Below, one piece after another: positions 39,800-60,110 of a DNA stretch of 64,000 nucleotides. The translations under genes were made by a program, and so were the position numbers. The notes beneath the pieces were generated by a model. It made no database searches and was not told the origin of the DNA. It saw nothing but the letters and a program-made list of their open reading frames with translations. Where the stretch lies: the NCBI GenBank assembly GCA_019057815.1, contig JAHLWR010000002.1:192001-256000 (forward strand). Reading direction: 5' to 3'. The stretch's first letter is position 1. Every line of letters starts with the position of its first letter. Source of the DNA: Candidatus Heimdallarchaeota archaeon (GTDB lineage: Archaea; Asgardarchaeota; Heimdallarchaeia; Heimdallarchaeales; Heimdallarchaeaceae).

Positions 39800-40128
39800 T
39801 CACCTCTTCAAAGTTGCCATCTCATCCGTATCTACGCTTTTAGCGTGACGATAGTTATTGATGACAAGTGCTAAGCCTAGGGCCATGACTGCTGCACCTA
39901 CAGCTAATGATATCAATGGAAATACAAGAGCAAACTCTGTAAACCAAATGAAAGTTCCATCTCCAGTTGTTTCAAATTCAGTACCAAGAGCAATGAACAC
40001 AAGGTTGGCAGCAATAGTCATAATTTCAATTCCCATCAATATTTTAATCACATTTCTTTTACCAAGTAATGCGTATAATCCTACACCAAATAGAACTATA
40101 GCTAAAATTAGTAAAACAATTTGGTCAA

Positions 40129-40132
<4 letters not shown>
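39800..40132 (-). CDS. NuoK/MrpC-like membrane subunit
   Basis: 3 TM helices, KRN.IKILMGIEIM. Confidence 0.85.
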
Positions 40133-42058
<1,926 letters not shown>

Positions 42059-42327
42059 TTAATCCTCCAATTGGGACAATATTATTTTTCACTTGTAACC
42101 CCTAACAAGGGATTACATTGACGACATAGTAGGTCAAAAGCAACTAATTAAAAAGGTTTACCGTCAATCGCGTCGAAATTTCTTAATAAGACACACAATC
42201 ATACTTAAGAAAAGTATCACCACATATAGAAGCGTAATTTAACGCTCCAACACTTCTTGTTGAGAGTATTGATATAATGAAAAATAGGAACAAAAAATTA
42301 TCTGGTGTTTTGAAAGGTTACAACAAA

Positions 42328-45765
<3,438 letters not shown>

Positions 45766-45867
45766 TTAAGTATGAAGATATTGCGAGAAAAGATATCATA
45801 AATGTCCCCTCAACTTTTTAAAAGCGCGCTTCCACAGATATTCGAAGATACTAAATGGAGATTCTAA

Positions 45868-46665
45868 ATGTCTTTAAGTAGGGATTTAAAAAAAGCAAAA
45901 AAGGCTTATGAAGATGGTGATGTAGATGCATCGATTGAAGCTCACTCAGTTTTTGCGCCTGAAAGGCACCAACAAGAAGCTGGAAGATATATTAAAAGTA
46001 TAATTTATGGGGGGCTTGATGGAATTATAACGACTTTTGCCGTTGTTGCTGGTGTAACAGGAGCAAAATTACCTTTAGCAATTGTTGTAATTCTAGGTCT
46101 TGCTAATTTATTAGCTGATGGTCTTTCAATGGGAATAGGAGATTATCTTAGTTCTAAATCTGAGAAAGAATATCAAGCTGATGAACGCAGAAGGGAAGAA
46201 TGGGAAGTAGAACACTATCCTGAAGGGGAGAAGCTAGAAATGTTAGAAATATATCAAGCAAAAGGGATGAGCAAAAACGATGCAGAAACAGTTATTGAAA
46301 TAATTTCAAAATACCCAAAAGCATGGGTAGATATTATGATGGCTGAAGAATTGGAGATTATTGAAACAAAAGATTCACCAGTAAAAAATGGTCTAGTAAC
46401 TTTTCTTTCATTTGTAGTTTTTGGATTTATTCCACTATCATCTTATGTTATCGCACAACTGATTCCAGCACTAGAAAACAACCCAACATTATCATTCATA
46501 ATAGCATGTGCTTTAACAGGCTTAGCACTGTTCACACTTGGAGCGTTAAAGGTAAAAGTGACTGGAAAAAACTTCATTAAATCAGGACTAGAAATGTTTG
46601 CATTAGGAGGGTTAGCAGCAGCAGCAGCATTTGGAATTGGATACTTACTAAGAGGGATAGCGTAG
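45868..46665 (+). CDS. VIT1/CCC1 family Fe/Mn transporter
   Basis: [38 protein letters not shown]. Confidence 0.93.
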   Translation: MSLSRDLKKAKKAYEDGDVDASIEAHSVFAPERHQQEAGRYIKSIIYGGLDGIITTFAVVAGVTGAKLPLAIVVILGLANLLADGLSMGIGDYLSSKSEKEYQADERRREEWEVEHYPEGEKLEMLEIYQAKGMSKNDAETVIEIISKYPKAWVDIMMAEELEIIETKDSPVKNGLVTFLSFVVFGFIPLSSYVIAQLIPALENNPTLSFIIACALTGLALFTLGALKVKVTGKNFIKSGLEMFALGGLAAAAAFGIGYLLRGIA

Positions 46666-46684
46666 AAAGGAACAGAAGAAAATT

Positions 46685-46798
46685 TGGAGCCACGACGGGG
46701 ATTTGAACCCCGGAGCCTAACGGCAATGGATTAGCAATCCATCCTCATTTCGCGAATTATTAGAAACTTCAAATATTTTACCGCTTGAGTATCGTGGC
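46685..46798 (-). tRNA. tRNA-Ser(GCT) with a ~29-nt D-loop intron (46750-46778), CCA encoded
   Basis: Acceptor GCCACGA/TCGTGGC, anticodon stem ATGGA/TCCAT with loop TTGCTAA, variable arm, T-arm CGGGG-TTCAAAT-CCCCG; bulge-helix-bulge in the D-loop. Confidence 0.9.
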
Positions 46799-46917
46799 TT
46801 GTCCAGTTTTTAACCTAATTATTTCTAATTTAAATATTTCGACCTTCTGCTTCTCATTATTTTGTTGTTTTTCGTGCCTATAGTAACCTTAAAAAATAAA
46901 TTTTTAATTCGTTTTTT

Positions 46918-47098
46918 GCCTAGTATGATCAGACATCATCTGGATGCGTTCCAGATGCACAGGAAAGTTAAGTTCTTCCCCTTGAGGCTTGGTACTAAGA
47001 TCCGTGAGGTCTTGGAAGGGTTATTAGCTGCGATACGTTGCGACCATAGTGAAGAAGTAACACTCAGACTTATTCTGAACCTAAAATCCATGCTTGGT
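46918..47098 (+). ncRNA. Unassigned ~180-nt structured RNA
   Basis: Terminal helix GCCTAGTATG/CATGCTTGGT, several internal helices, GUGA and UACG loops, upstream TTAAAAA, downstream TCTTTTT. Confidence 0.55.
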
Positions 47099-47216
47099 GA
47101 AATCTTTTTAGACGCCCTATTACTTTAAGAAATTTGCTTTCCAAGTTTCAATTTAGCAAAAACTTTAAAAATTAGCATTCGCTTTCAATCTCGTTCTGGA
47201 AATAGTAGGGGAAACT

Positions 47217-47564
47217 ATGCTGAAATCAGAAACTAATCCACCTGACACAGAGAATTTCAAACCAATTAGTCCACCTTTTATTTTCCGAGACCCTAATTCT
47301 CCTAAAACTATTTTTAGTGTGGCACATACAGTGCAGGAATTAGTAGAGATTTTACCTTATGTTCCCTTCTTTTCTATTGAATTCCACCTATATAGAATTG
47401 AAAAAGACAATTCAGTTATAAGCGATCTAGGATCATGGATTCGTTATATACTTGGTTTAGAAGAACTATCTAAAGAAGTAGAACGCCTAGGTTCCGAATT
47501 TGATGGATTAGAATTGAAAGAAAAATTCATTCATCTAATGAATGATCATATTTTTGATGAGTGA
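47217..47564 (+). CDS. DUF5752-like small protein
   Basis: PF.F..A.T..EL...L..V...SI.FH..SD...WI...LG..EL pattern. Confidence 0.65.
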   Translation: MLKSETNPPDTENFKPISPPFIFRDPNSPKTIFSVAHTVQELVEILPYVPFFSIEFHLYRIEKDNSVISDLGSWIRYILGLEELSKEVERLGSEFDGLELKEKFIHLMNDHIFDE

Positions 47565-47574
47565 TTAAACTCGT

Positions 47575-48237
47575 TCATGCCTTTCTAAATACTAGAGCTG
47601 TTGGTTCAAAAATATCTCCACGATTCAGGAGGTCGTGTATTATTTCTTCCACAACTGCTTTTTCTAGTTTGGTTTTTTCTAATATTTCATCTAAGGTAAC
47701 ACTTGAATTAGATTCAGCTATGATTTCCCATACTATATCTCTAGCTTTCTCTTTTTCCTCATCTATTTCTTTTTCAAGTTTTTCTCGCTTTAGAGCAGGT
47801 ATGGTGAAACCTTTATCTAAATACCGTTTCACTTTTTTTACCCTCATATAAAGCTCTCTGTCATGAGAATCAACGTTTATAACTGTTTCAGGCACAAGGA
47901 AAATTTCATCCTCAGAGCTTCTAGGTCTTCCTATAATATCAACTTCATTTCCAACTCCATACCTATTAAGCACTTGTGCCCCTTCTTCCCAACCTTTTAC
48001 TTGTATCGTTTCAGTTCCATCATCAATGGAAATCGCTGTGAATTCTTTTTTGTCTGCGGAACCAAGACTATGGTATTTGTGCACTAGGGTTCCAGTTATT
48101 CTTATCCTGTAAATTTTCTCATTGTTTGCTGTCATTAGTACATAACGAAATCGCTCTTCACCCTCTTTTATTACTCTACCATTTATTACATCAGAGATAT
48201 ACACTAATATAGCTGGGCCTTGGATAAATTTATTCAT
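47575..48237 (-). CDS. RPA32/RPA2-like ssDNA-binding subunit (OB fold plus C-terminal winged helix)
   Basis: RI.GT.V, IDDGT..I, V..IGR; C-terminal I.DLL.RGDIFEP. Confidence 0.85.
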   Translation of the reverse strand: MNKFIQGPAILVYISDVINGRVIKEGEERFRYVLMTANNEKIYRIRITGTLVHKYHSLGSADKKEFTAISIDDGTETIQVKGWEEGAQVLNRYGVGNEVDIIGRPRSSEDEIFLVPETVINVDSHDRELYMRVKKVKRYLDKGFTIPALKREKLEKEIDEEKEKARDIVWEIIAESNSSVTLDEILEKTKLEKAVVEEIIHDLLNRGDIFEPTALVFRKA

Positions 48238-48405
48238 TTTTTTCCCTAAAAATTCTTAATTCTAACTCCTATCTTAATATTAAATACTTTTCTTTATACA
48301 TTGTTAAATACATCGACAAAAAAGTAAAATAACTAAACATGCTTGAGATAACCTGTAATTCACCATTCTAAAGATGTATTTCTCAACTAACCAATCCTTT
48401 TTTAA

Positions 48406-49737
<1,332 letters not shown>

Positions 49738-49847
49738 TGAAATAACACTCAACAAAGAAAAATAATAACAGATTTATCCTCTGTCTCAGTATATCGACAG
49801 AAAAATGATTTATATTTGGGTTTAAAACCTTTTTTAATATTAGTGCA

Positions 49848-50249
49848 ATAAACGGAAAGAAAATTGGTTGTCCTAGCTTTGGGAGGAAACATGATTCTTC
49901 AAAGAGGACAGAAAGGAACATTTGAAGGTGCTATAGCTGTTATAGATAAAGATCGAGCATCAGCAGTCCTAGCTGCCCAAATTGGTGCGCGTATCTTAAT
50001 TATTCTAACTGATGTACCTAATGCGTTCATAAATCACAACAAAGAAAATCAAGAAACTATTGGGAAAATAGACATAGCTCTAGCTATGAATTATTATGCT
50101 GAGAGGCATTTTATTAAAGGTAGTATGGGTCCAAAAATTGAATCAGTAATTAAGTTTGTCAAAGAAACTCAGGGATTAGCTATTATCACTAATCCTGAAA
50201 ATGAATAAAAGCCCCTCATGGTGAAGCTAGAACAAGAATTACACCCTAA
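49848..50249 (+). pseudogene. arcC: Carbamate kinase remnant with large internal deletion and frameshifts
   Basis: ALGGN..LQRGQKGT joined directly to AVIDKD.AS..LA, ILTDV, GSMGPK; no in-frame ATG upstream of ALGGN, and the tail continues out of frame. Confidence 0.8.
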
Positions 50250-50443
50250 GTACAAATCTGTTGTTGAAAATCATTTTTTGACCCTATTTCACCGTTTTTC
50301 TAGCTGTAGAATAGGGTCTCAACCAATTTGTTTTTAAAGGATAATTCGATTATTTTTATAGTGTAAAGTTAAAAATCAGCCGACTTTAAACGAAAAGAAA
50401 GCAAAATTGTTTCCATCATGGGGAATAAAAAAAATTCAATTAA

Positions 50444-52552
<2,109 letters not shown>

Positions 52553-52563
52553 AATAGGATTAG

Positions 52564-55134
<2,571 letters not shown>

Positions 55135-55178
55135 AATAGTTCAACAAATGTTTAAAAGCCTAAAACTCATATATTTTC

Positions 55179-57065
55179 TTGATGTTGCCTATTCTCTCTG
55201 AATTTGAGTTTTCTCACATTATTCCACTTTCAGAATCATCAACGCACAGAATAGAGATTCTAGAGGGAATCAATGTTTTACATGCAGAAAATGGTTATGG
55301 AAAAACAACTCTTCTTGACATTATTGAAAGATCTATTTGTTCTGATGCACATGCACAAAGATATTTCTCTTTTGCAAGGAAAAGAGTTGACAAAAAAGCA
55401 TACATAAAATCAAAGTGGATAAGTGAAAAAGAAATATCAATCTATCAGAGCTTAACAGATGCAGGTATACGAACAAGAGTCACTGAAAGAGGGAAGGGAC
55501 AGAAGACGCTTTCAAAAGAAGAATATTCAGATTATATGTATAGAGAATTTTGTTTAACATTATTTGATTTCCAAGATCTCTTTCAATCATTATATTATAA
55601 AAGAGAAGATGACCACTCAATGCTTGGAAGACAGGAAGAAGCAGATTTACTAAGTTTCTTTGAATTAATCAATAGGTTTACGAGTGGTGCTCCCGAAGAT
55701 TATCTACTTAGGCAAAAAATTAGAACAAGAGAAAATGAAAGAAAAAATATTCTTGATCAGATAAGAAAACTGGAAGAAACAGAAGACAACATTCGAAATG
55801 CTATGAAATTGCTAGGGATAGGTGAAGTAGATGAAAAACTTGTATTTGCGAAGCTTAAAGCCTTTGAAAACGAAAGAAAAAGCAAAGAAGAGCTGATTCA
55901 AGGTGAAGACAAGTATATACAAGAGCTTGAAAAAGATGAAGAGAAAAAGAATAAAATCCTTTCAGACATAAGAGAAGAGAATTATGAGATAAGAGTCAAT
56001 CTTGATAGATTGAAAAGTAGAAGACGAGAATATGTTATTCAAAGAGAAATGTTAATCAAAACTTCAAAAATAGCAACAAAGATTGGAAATGAAAAATACG
56101 ACTACTTAAGAACTAAAGTAAGAAATGATTCTCTGTGTGAGTTTTGCCATACGAATCTCGAAAAAGTATGGGATGCAAGAATAAACATTGGATGCCCTTT
56201 ATGTGGAACGGATTGGTCAAAATTACCTTCTTCTCTGAGAGAAGGTTTATTTTCTATTGAAGCTCAAGATGAGCCTAAAACAGAAGCACTAGAAGGGGAA
56301 AGAACTAAAGTTGACAATCTATTGTTTGAAATTAATCAAGAAATAACAAATATAGAAGAAGAAGAACTTAGAATTGCTAAACAAAAGGAAGAAAAATTGC
56401 ATGATGAGTTATCAGAAATAAGGTTGGGTTTAAAGAACCATAATCAGAATATTCGTAGGATTTTGGAAGAGATCAAAGAATCAGATAAGAAATCATCTGG
56501 TATAGAGATACAGATGGAGATTTTAACAAAAAATGTCAATTTAAATGCAGTACAAGTAAACAAGAGAAAAATACTAATCAAATTAGAGAAAATACAAGAA
56601 GAAATTGCTAACATTAAAAAACAAGAATCTACTATAAACGAAAGGGCTCAAATAATAAAACAGTTTTCTGAAACAACAACACAAATTTTTGGTTATGGGA
56701 TGACAGTTGACCCTAGAACATTAACGATATCATTGATGTTTGATGGAAGTACAAGAGCATATGATAGTATGTCAGGAGGAGAAAAATATTTCGTTGATTT
56801 ATGTCTCAGAATAGCAGTCTGGAAATATCTACTTGCAAAAGGTTTCACAAGTCAAGCACTAATGCTAGTTGATAGTCCAGAAAATGCTTTAGATAGTACA
56901 AGATTAAAACTTCTAGCCGATGTAATCAATAATGAGAAAAAAGATTTTGTTTTTATTATTACAACAAGAAATGAAGAATTCTCTAATTTACTAAAAGGAG
57001 AACAAATGAAAGTTAGAAAAGAAGTTCAAACCTCGCTTTTTGACTTCATTGAGCAAAATGAATAA
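55179..57065 (+). CDS. Rad50/SMC-like coiled-coil ABC ATPase
   Basis: Walker A AENGYGKTT, coiled coils around CEFC and CPLC, signature MSGGE, Walker B LMLVDSPE. Confidence 0.85.
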   Translation: MMLPILSEFEFSHIIPLSESSTHRIEILEGINVLHAENGYGKTTLLDIIERSICSDAHAQRYFSFARKRVDKKAYIKSKWISEKEISIYQSLTDAGIRTRVTERGKGQKTLSKEEYSDYMYREFCLTLFDFQDLFQSLYYKREDDHSMLGRQEEADLLSFFELINRFTSGAPEDYLLRQKIRTRENERKNILDQIRKLEETEDNIRNAMKLLGIGEVDEKLVFAKLKAFENERKSKEELIQGEDKYIQELEKDEEKKNKILSDIREENYEIRVNLDRLKSRRREYVIQREMLIKTSKIATKIGNEKYDYLRTKVRNDSLCEFCHTNLEKVWDARINIGCPLCGTDWSKLPSSLREGLFSIEAQDEPKTEALEGERTKVDNLLFEINQEITNIEEEELRIAKQKEEKLHDELSEIRLGLKNHNQNIRRILEEIKESDKKSSGIEIQMEILTKNVNLNAVQVNKRKILIKLEKIQEEIANIKKQESTINERAQIIKQFSETTTQIFGYGMTVDPRTLTISLMFDGSTRAYDSMSGGEKYFVDLCLRIAVWKYLLAKGFTSQALMLVDSPENALDSTRLKLLADVINNEKKDFVFIITTRNEEFSNLLKGEQMKVRKEVQTSLFDFIEQNE

Positions 57066-57089
57066 ATAATAAAAAAAGGAAAGAACCTC

Positions 57090-57533
57090 TTAAGCATAAC
57101 CTTCTTTTTTCTTAAATTCACCTGATAAAATCTGCTTTATTAGTTTGTCAAAAGGAGCTTTTCCAACAGCTCCAACTACATTTCCTAGAAATTTACCGTT
57201 GTGGAAAACTAGAAAATTGGGAATTGAAGAAACATTATAACGCATAGCAGTACGACGATTTTGATCAATATTAAGCTTACCTACAGAAACTTTTTCTTTC
57301 ATATCCTTTGCAATCTGTTCCATAACAGGAGCCATACTTCTACAAGGACCACACCAAGCAGCCCAACAATCTACAATCACGATTCGTTGTTGTTTAACAA
57401 ATTCGTCAAAATCTGCATCTGTCACATCAACAGCTTTTCCTGTTGGAAATTTTGATTGATTAGTATTAGTTTCACCTTGTAAATATTGTCTATATTTTTC
57501 ACGTTTTATTTTCTCAAGTTCATTATCAACCAT
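57090..57533 (-). CDS. trxA: Thioredoxin
   Basis: WAAWCGPC, cis-Pro SIPN, GA. Confidence 0.95.
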   Translation of the reverse strand: MVDNELEKIKREKYRQYLQGETNTNQSKFPTGKAVDVTDADFDEFVKQQRIVIVDCWAAWCGPCRSMAPVMEQIAKDMKEKVSVGKLNIDQNRRTAMRYNVSSIPNFLVFHNGKFLGNVVGAVGKAPFDKLIKQILSGEFKKKEGYA

Positions 57534-57638
57534 TTTTCATCCAACTTATACGTTATGTGCCATGGTAGCACATACCGGTTTTTAAAATGTTCTATTGGGC
57601 AGTAGTTCCGATAAATAAGAAAAACGTAAGGTTTAAGT

Positions 57639-58043
57639 ATGTGCACGATTCATCCACATACGAGTGCGATGCATAAGTGTTTAGTGAACTTACCACAGGT
57701 ACTTGATTCAGGTGGTAAATGTGCTATTTTTGAATGTCTGTTTGGCATAAAATCATTAGGTGTAGAAATCTATTTCTATGTCTTAAAACAAGATCGAACA
57801 ATCAAAGAAATTGCTACCAAAGTGAAACGAGACCGAACTACAGCATTAAGGTTATTACAGAAACTTATGAACCAAAATTTAATTTTAAGGAAAACTGAAA
57901 TGCTTTCTCAAGGCGGTATTAGACACATTTATTCAGCTACACCTCAAGAAAGCATTAAAGAGAGGCTTCAAGAAACGATTAACGATATTGAAATAGCTGT
58001 AGAACATCTAGTAAAAAGGGATTGGAAAGGGTTGTCTGATTAA
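57639..58043 (+). CDS. HTH transcriptional regulator (TrmB/COG3355-like)
   Basis: CLFG....E.Y, EIA..VKRDRTT..R.LQKL...L..R, GG..HIY. Confidence 0.85.
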   Translation: MCTIHPHTSAMHKCLVNLPQVLDSGGKCAIFECLFGIKSLGVEIYFYVLKQDRTIKEIATKVKRDRTTALRLLQKLMNQNLILRKTEMLSQGGIRHIYSATPQESIKERLQETINDIEIAVEHLVKRDWKGLSD

Positions 58044-58052
58044 AGCTTAGTG

Positions 58053-58649
58053 TCAGAAATCGAATTCCTCAAGATCATCCAATGATCCAGATAAATCATC
58101 GGTTAACTTTCGTTTTTTCTTGTCTTTTCTCCCAGCTACTTTAGATGACAATTCTGACACGAATTCAGTAGTCATCTCTGTTTCAGTAGTTATCTCTGTT
58201 TCAGAAGGTTCTTCGATTGTCAAATCTGGAGCACTAACGCTTTCCGAGGGTAGACTTTGTGATTTTTGAGTCTCTAATGACGAATTTAGTGGAGATTGAC
58301 TTGCTGAGGGTTGCTCTTGTGGAGGGCTAATAGGAGCACTAGATGGAGTCTCAGTTGGTGATTTAACATGAGCAGGAAATGACATGTCAGAAGAATCAGA
58401 GACTAAACTTCCTGCTTGAATTATCTTTACTATATCCTTGCACAATGTTTTGAATGCTGGACTTAGTTGGTACATATATTTTGGTAGATTAGCTCTTATT
58501 TGCTGCAGATAATATACACCATTCTCATAATCTTCTGAATAGAAGGATTGTATTGCTTGAATCAATAACTGATGCATTAATTTATCAGGTGGGATACCAC
58601 CCGAGCTTTGAGTGTGTGGAAACATAATATCTAAGAATGAAGATGTCAT
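58053..58649 (-). CDS. Hypothetical protein: helical N-domain plus Ser/Pro/Glu/Thr-rich disordered tail
   Basis: 198-aa ORF with low-complexity C-terminal half. Confidence 0.7.
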   Translation of the reverse strand: MTSSFLDIMFPHTQSSGGIPPDKLMHQLLIQAIQSFYSEDYENGVYYLQQIRANLPKYMYQLSPAFKTLCKDIVKIIQAGSLVSDSSDMSFPAHVKSPTETPSSAPISPPQEQPSASQSPLNSSLETQKSQSLPSESVSAPDLTIEEPSETEITTETEMTTEFVSELSSKVAGRKDKKKRKLTDDLSGSLDDLEEFDF

Positions 58650-58739
58650 AACAGTTTAATAAAATTGTCATAGATTTTTTAAAATGGAAAAGAATTATCC
58701 TTATATTCCTTAAAAAAATCGAATACTTAACTGAAGGAC

Positions 58740-60023
58740 TTGAAAATTCTGAGTGAACGAGAAAATTACCTCGCTAGGACGATGAATTATATTGTTGAAA
58801 AAACCTATTTGAATGATCGTAAACGTCTTTCTCCTGTTTTGCTTGGTATTGTTGGAAGTTTTTCCTTATCAATTTTTGGTGCTTATGTTGGTCTTCACTT
58901 AGAGGATATTGGTACAACAGCAATAATAATTGGTGTCATTCTAGCTCTAAGAAACATCTACCAACTTTTCTTGCGAGTTCCTCTAGCTCAATTTAGTCAA
59001 ATGATAGGTAGAAAACCACTTCTAATTGCCGGTGTATTTTTTTATGCGTCTAGTCTGTTAATCTTGTCATTTTCCTATAATTGGATTGTTGTTCTTATTG
59101 CAACAACACTACTGGCTATTGGCATGAGTTGTTTCTGGCCGGTAATTTTTGCATATATTGGAGATTTTGAAAAAGATAATATTGGTCAAATGCAAGGAAG
59201 AGTATTCCAAGGAACAGATTTCGGAACAATTATTGGTGCATTGTTGGCTTACTTGTTACTCAAACAGTTAGAGGTTCAATATAGGGTGCTTTTCGGATGG
59301 AGTGCAGGAGTAGCTTTTGCAGGAGCGATAGCTTTAGCCTTTTTTATTCCTGAAGTCTTAAAAAAAGAAGATCGTTTACAAGTAGAATCTCGTATAAAAG
59401 CTCTTGGAAGTTCATTTTTAGCTATGTTTCGTAACCTAATAATTGTAACAAAGCAAAAACGCTTAGCTTTACTTTACCTTTTTCAGTTCGTTTTAGCTTT
59501 TATGGAGTACATGGTAGTTGCATTTGTACCATTTTTGATTGTTAACGAAAAAAATTTCACAAACGATACTGTCGCTCAAATACTGTGGATAACAGCTGGA
59601 GTCTTAATCTTTTTCAAACCATATATGGGGTCTGTAATAGACCGGCTTGGGTATAAGAAACCTGTAATTCTTACATTGCTAGTTGCTTCGGTAGCTCTTA
59701 CTTTGATTGTGTTTGTTGATCTTTTACCAGTAATTATTCTATTGTATATTGTGTACAGTGCTAGTATATTAACAGCATATTTAGGGATGAATACCGGTGC
59801 TACAAGAGCTTCAAAACCAGCTCACAGGGGGATAGCTCTTGGGGCGCTTGGTTTTTATGTTTCAGCTGGAAGGTCAATGTCAACACTAATATTATCACCA
59901 GTCTGGGAGAAATTTGATGTAAACGTTGTTTTTATCTCAACAGCAATAGCAATAATTGCTGCTACTATCATTCTCTCTTTATTTTCCAAATTCTTTGAAA
60001 AATCTGAAACAGAACAGTTGTAA
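58740..60023 (+). CDS. MFS transporter
   Basis: ~12 hydrophobic segments; motif-A-like SQMIGRK and DRLGYK. Confidence 0.9.
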   Translation: MKILSERENYLARTMNYIVEKTYLNDRKRLSPVLLGIVGSFSLSIFGAYVGLHLEDIGTTAIIIGVILALRNIYQLFLRVPLAQFSQMIGRKPLLIAGVFFYASSLLILSFSYNWIVVLIATTLLAIGMSCFWPVIFAYIGDFEKDNIGQMQGRVFQGTDFGTIIGALLAYLLLKQLEVQYRVLFGWSAGVAFAGAIALAFFIPEVLKKEDRLQVESRIKALGSSFLAMFRNLIIVTKQKRLALLYLFQFVLAFMEYMVVAFVPFLIVNEKNFTNDTVAQILWITAGVLIFFKPYMGSVIDRLGYKKPVILTLLVASVALTLIVFVDLLPVIILLYIVYSASILTAYLGMNTGATRASKPAHRGIALGALGFYVSAGRSMSTLILSPVWEKFDVNVVFISTAIAIIAATIILSLFSKFFEKSETEQL

Positions 60024-60110
60024 AGCCAGATTACTGTGATATTTTCAAGCTTGAAGAACAACATTAAAGAATCTAAAGCTAAGCATTAACAAAACTTAGG
60101 TGCCAGTGTA

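Noticed and set aside
46918-47098. RNase P RNA (hairpin followed by CAGGAAAGU; later ACUUAU)
   Set aside because: The P4 strands are not complementary (AAGUUAAGU versus UCAGACUU) and no P2 is evident; kept as an unassigned RNA
46862-47128. 88-aa ORF from the track
   Set aside because: TTG start, no RBS, no motif; better explained as an open frame across a structured RNA
55179-57065. Complete Wadjet/Lamassu or Mre11-Rad50 system
   Set aside because: Partner genes are absent; neighbours are gyrA and thioredoxin
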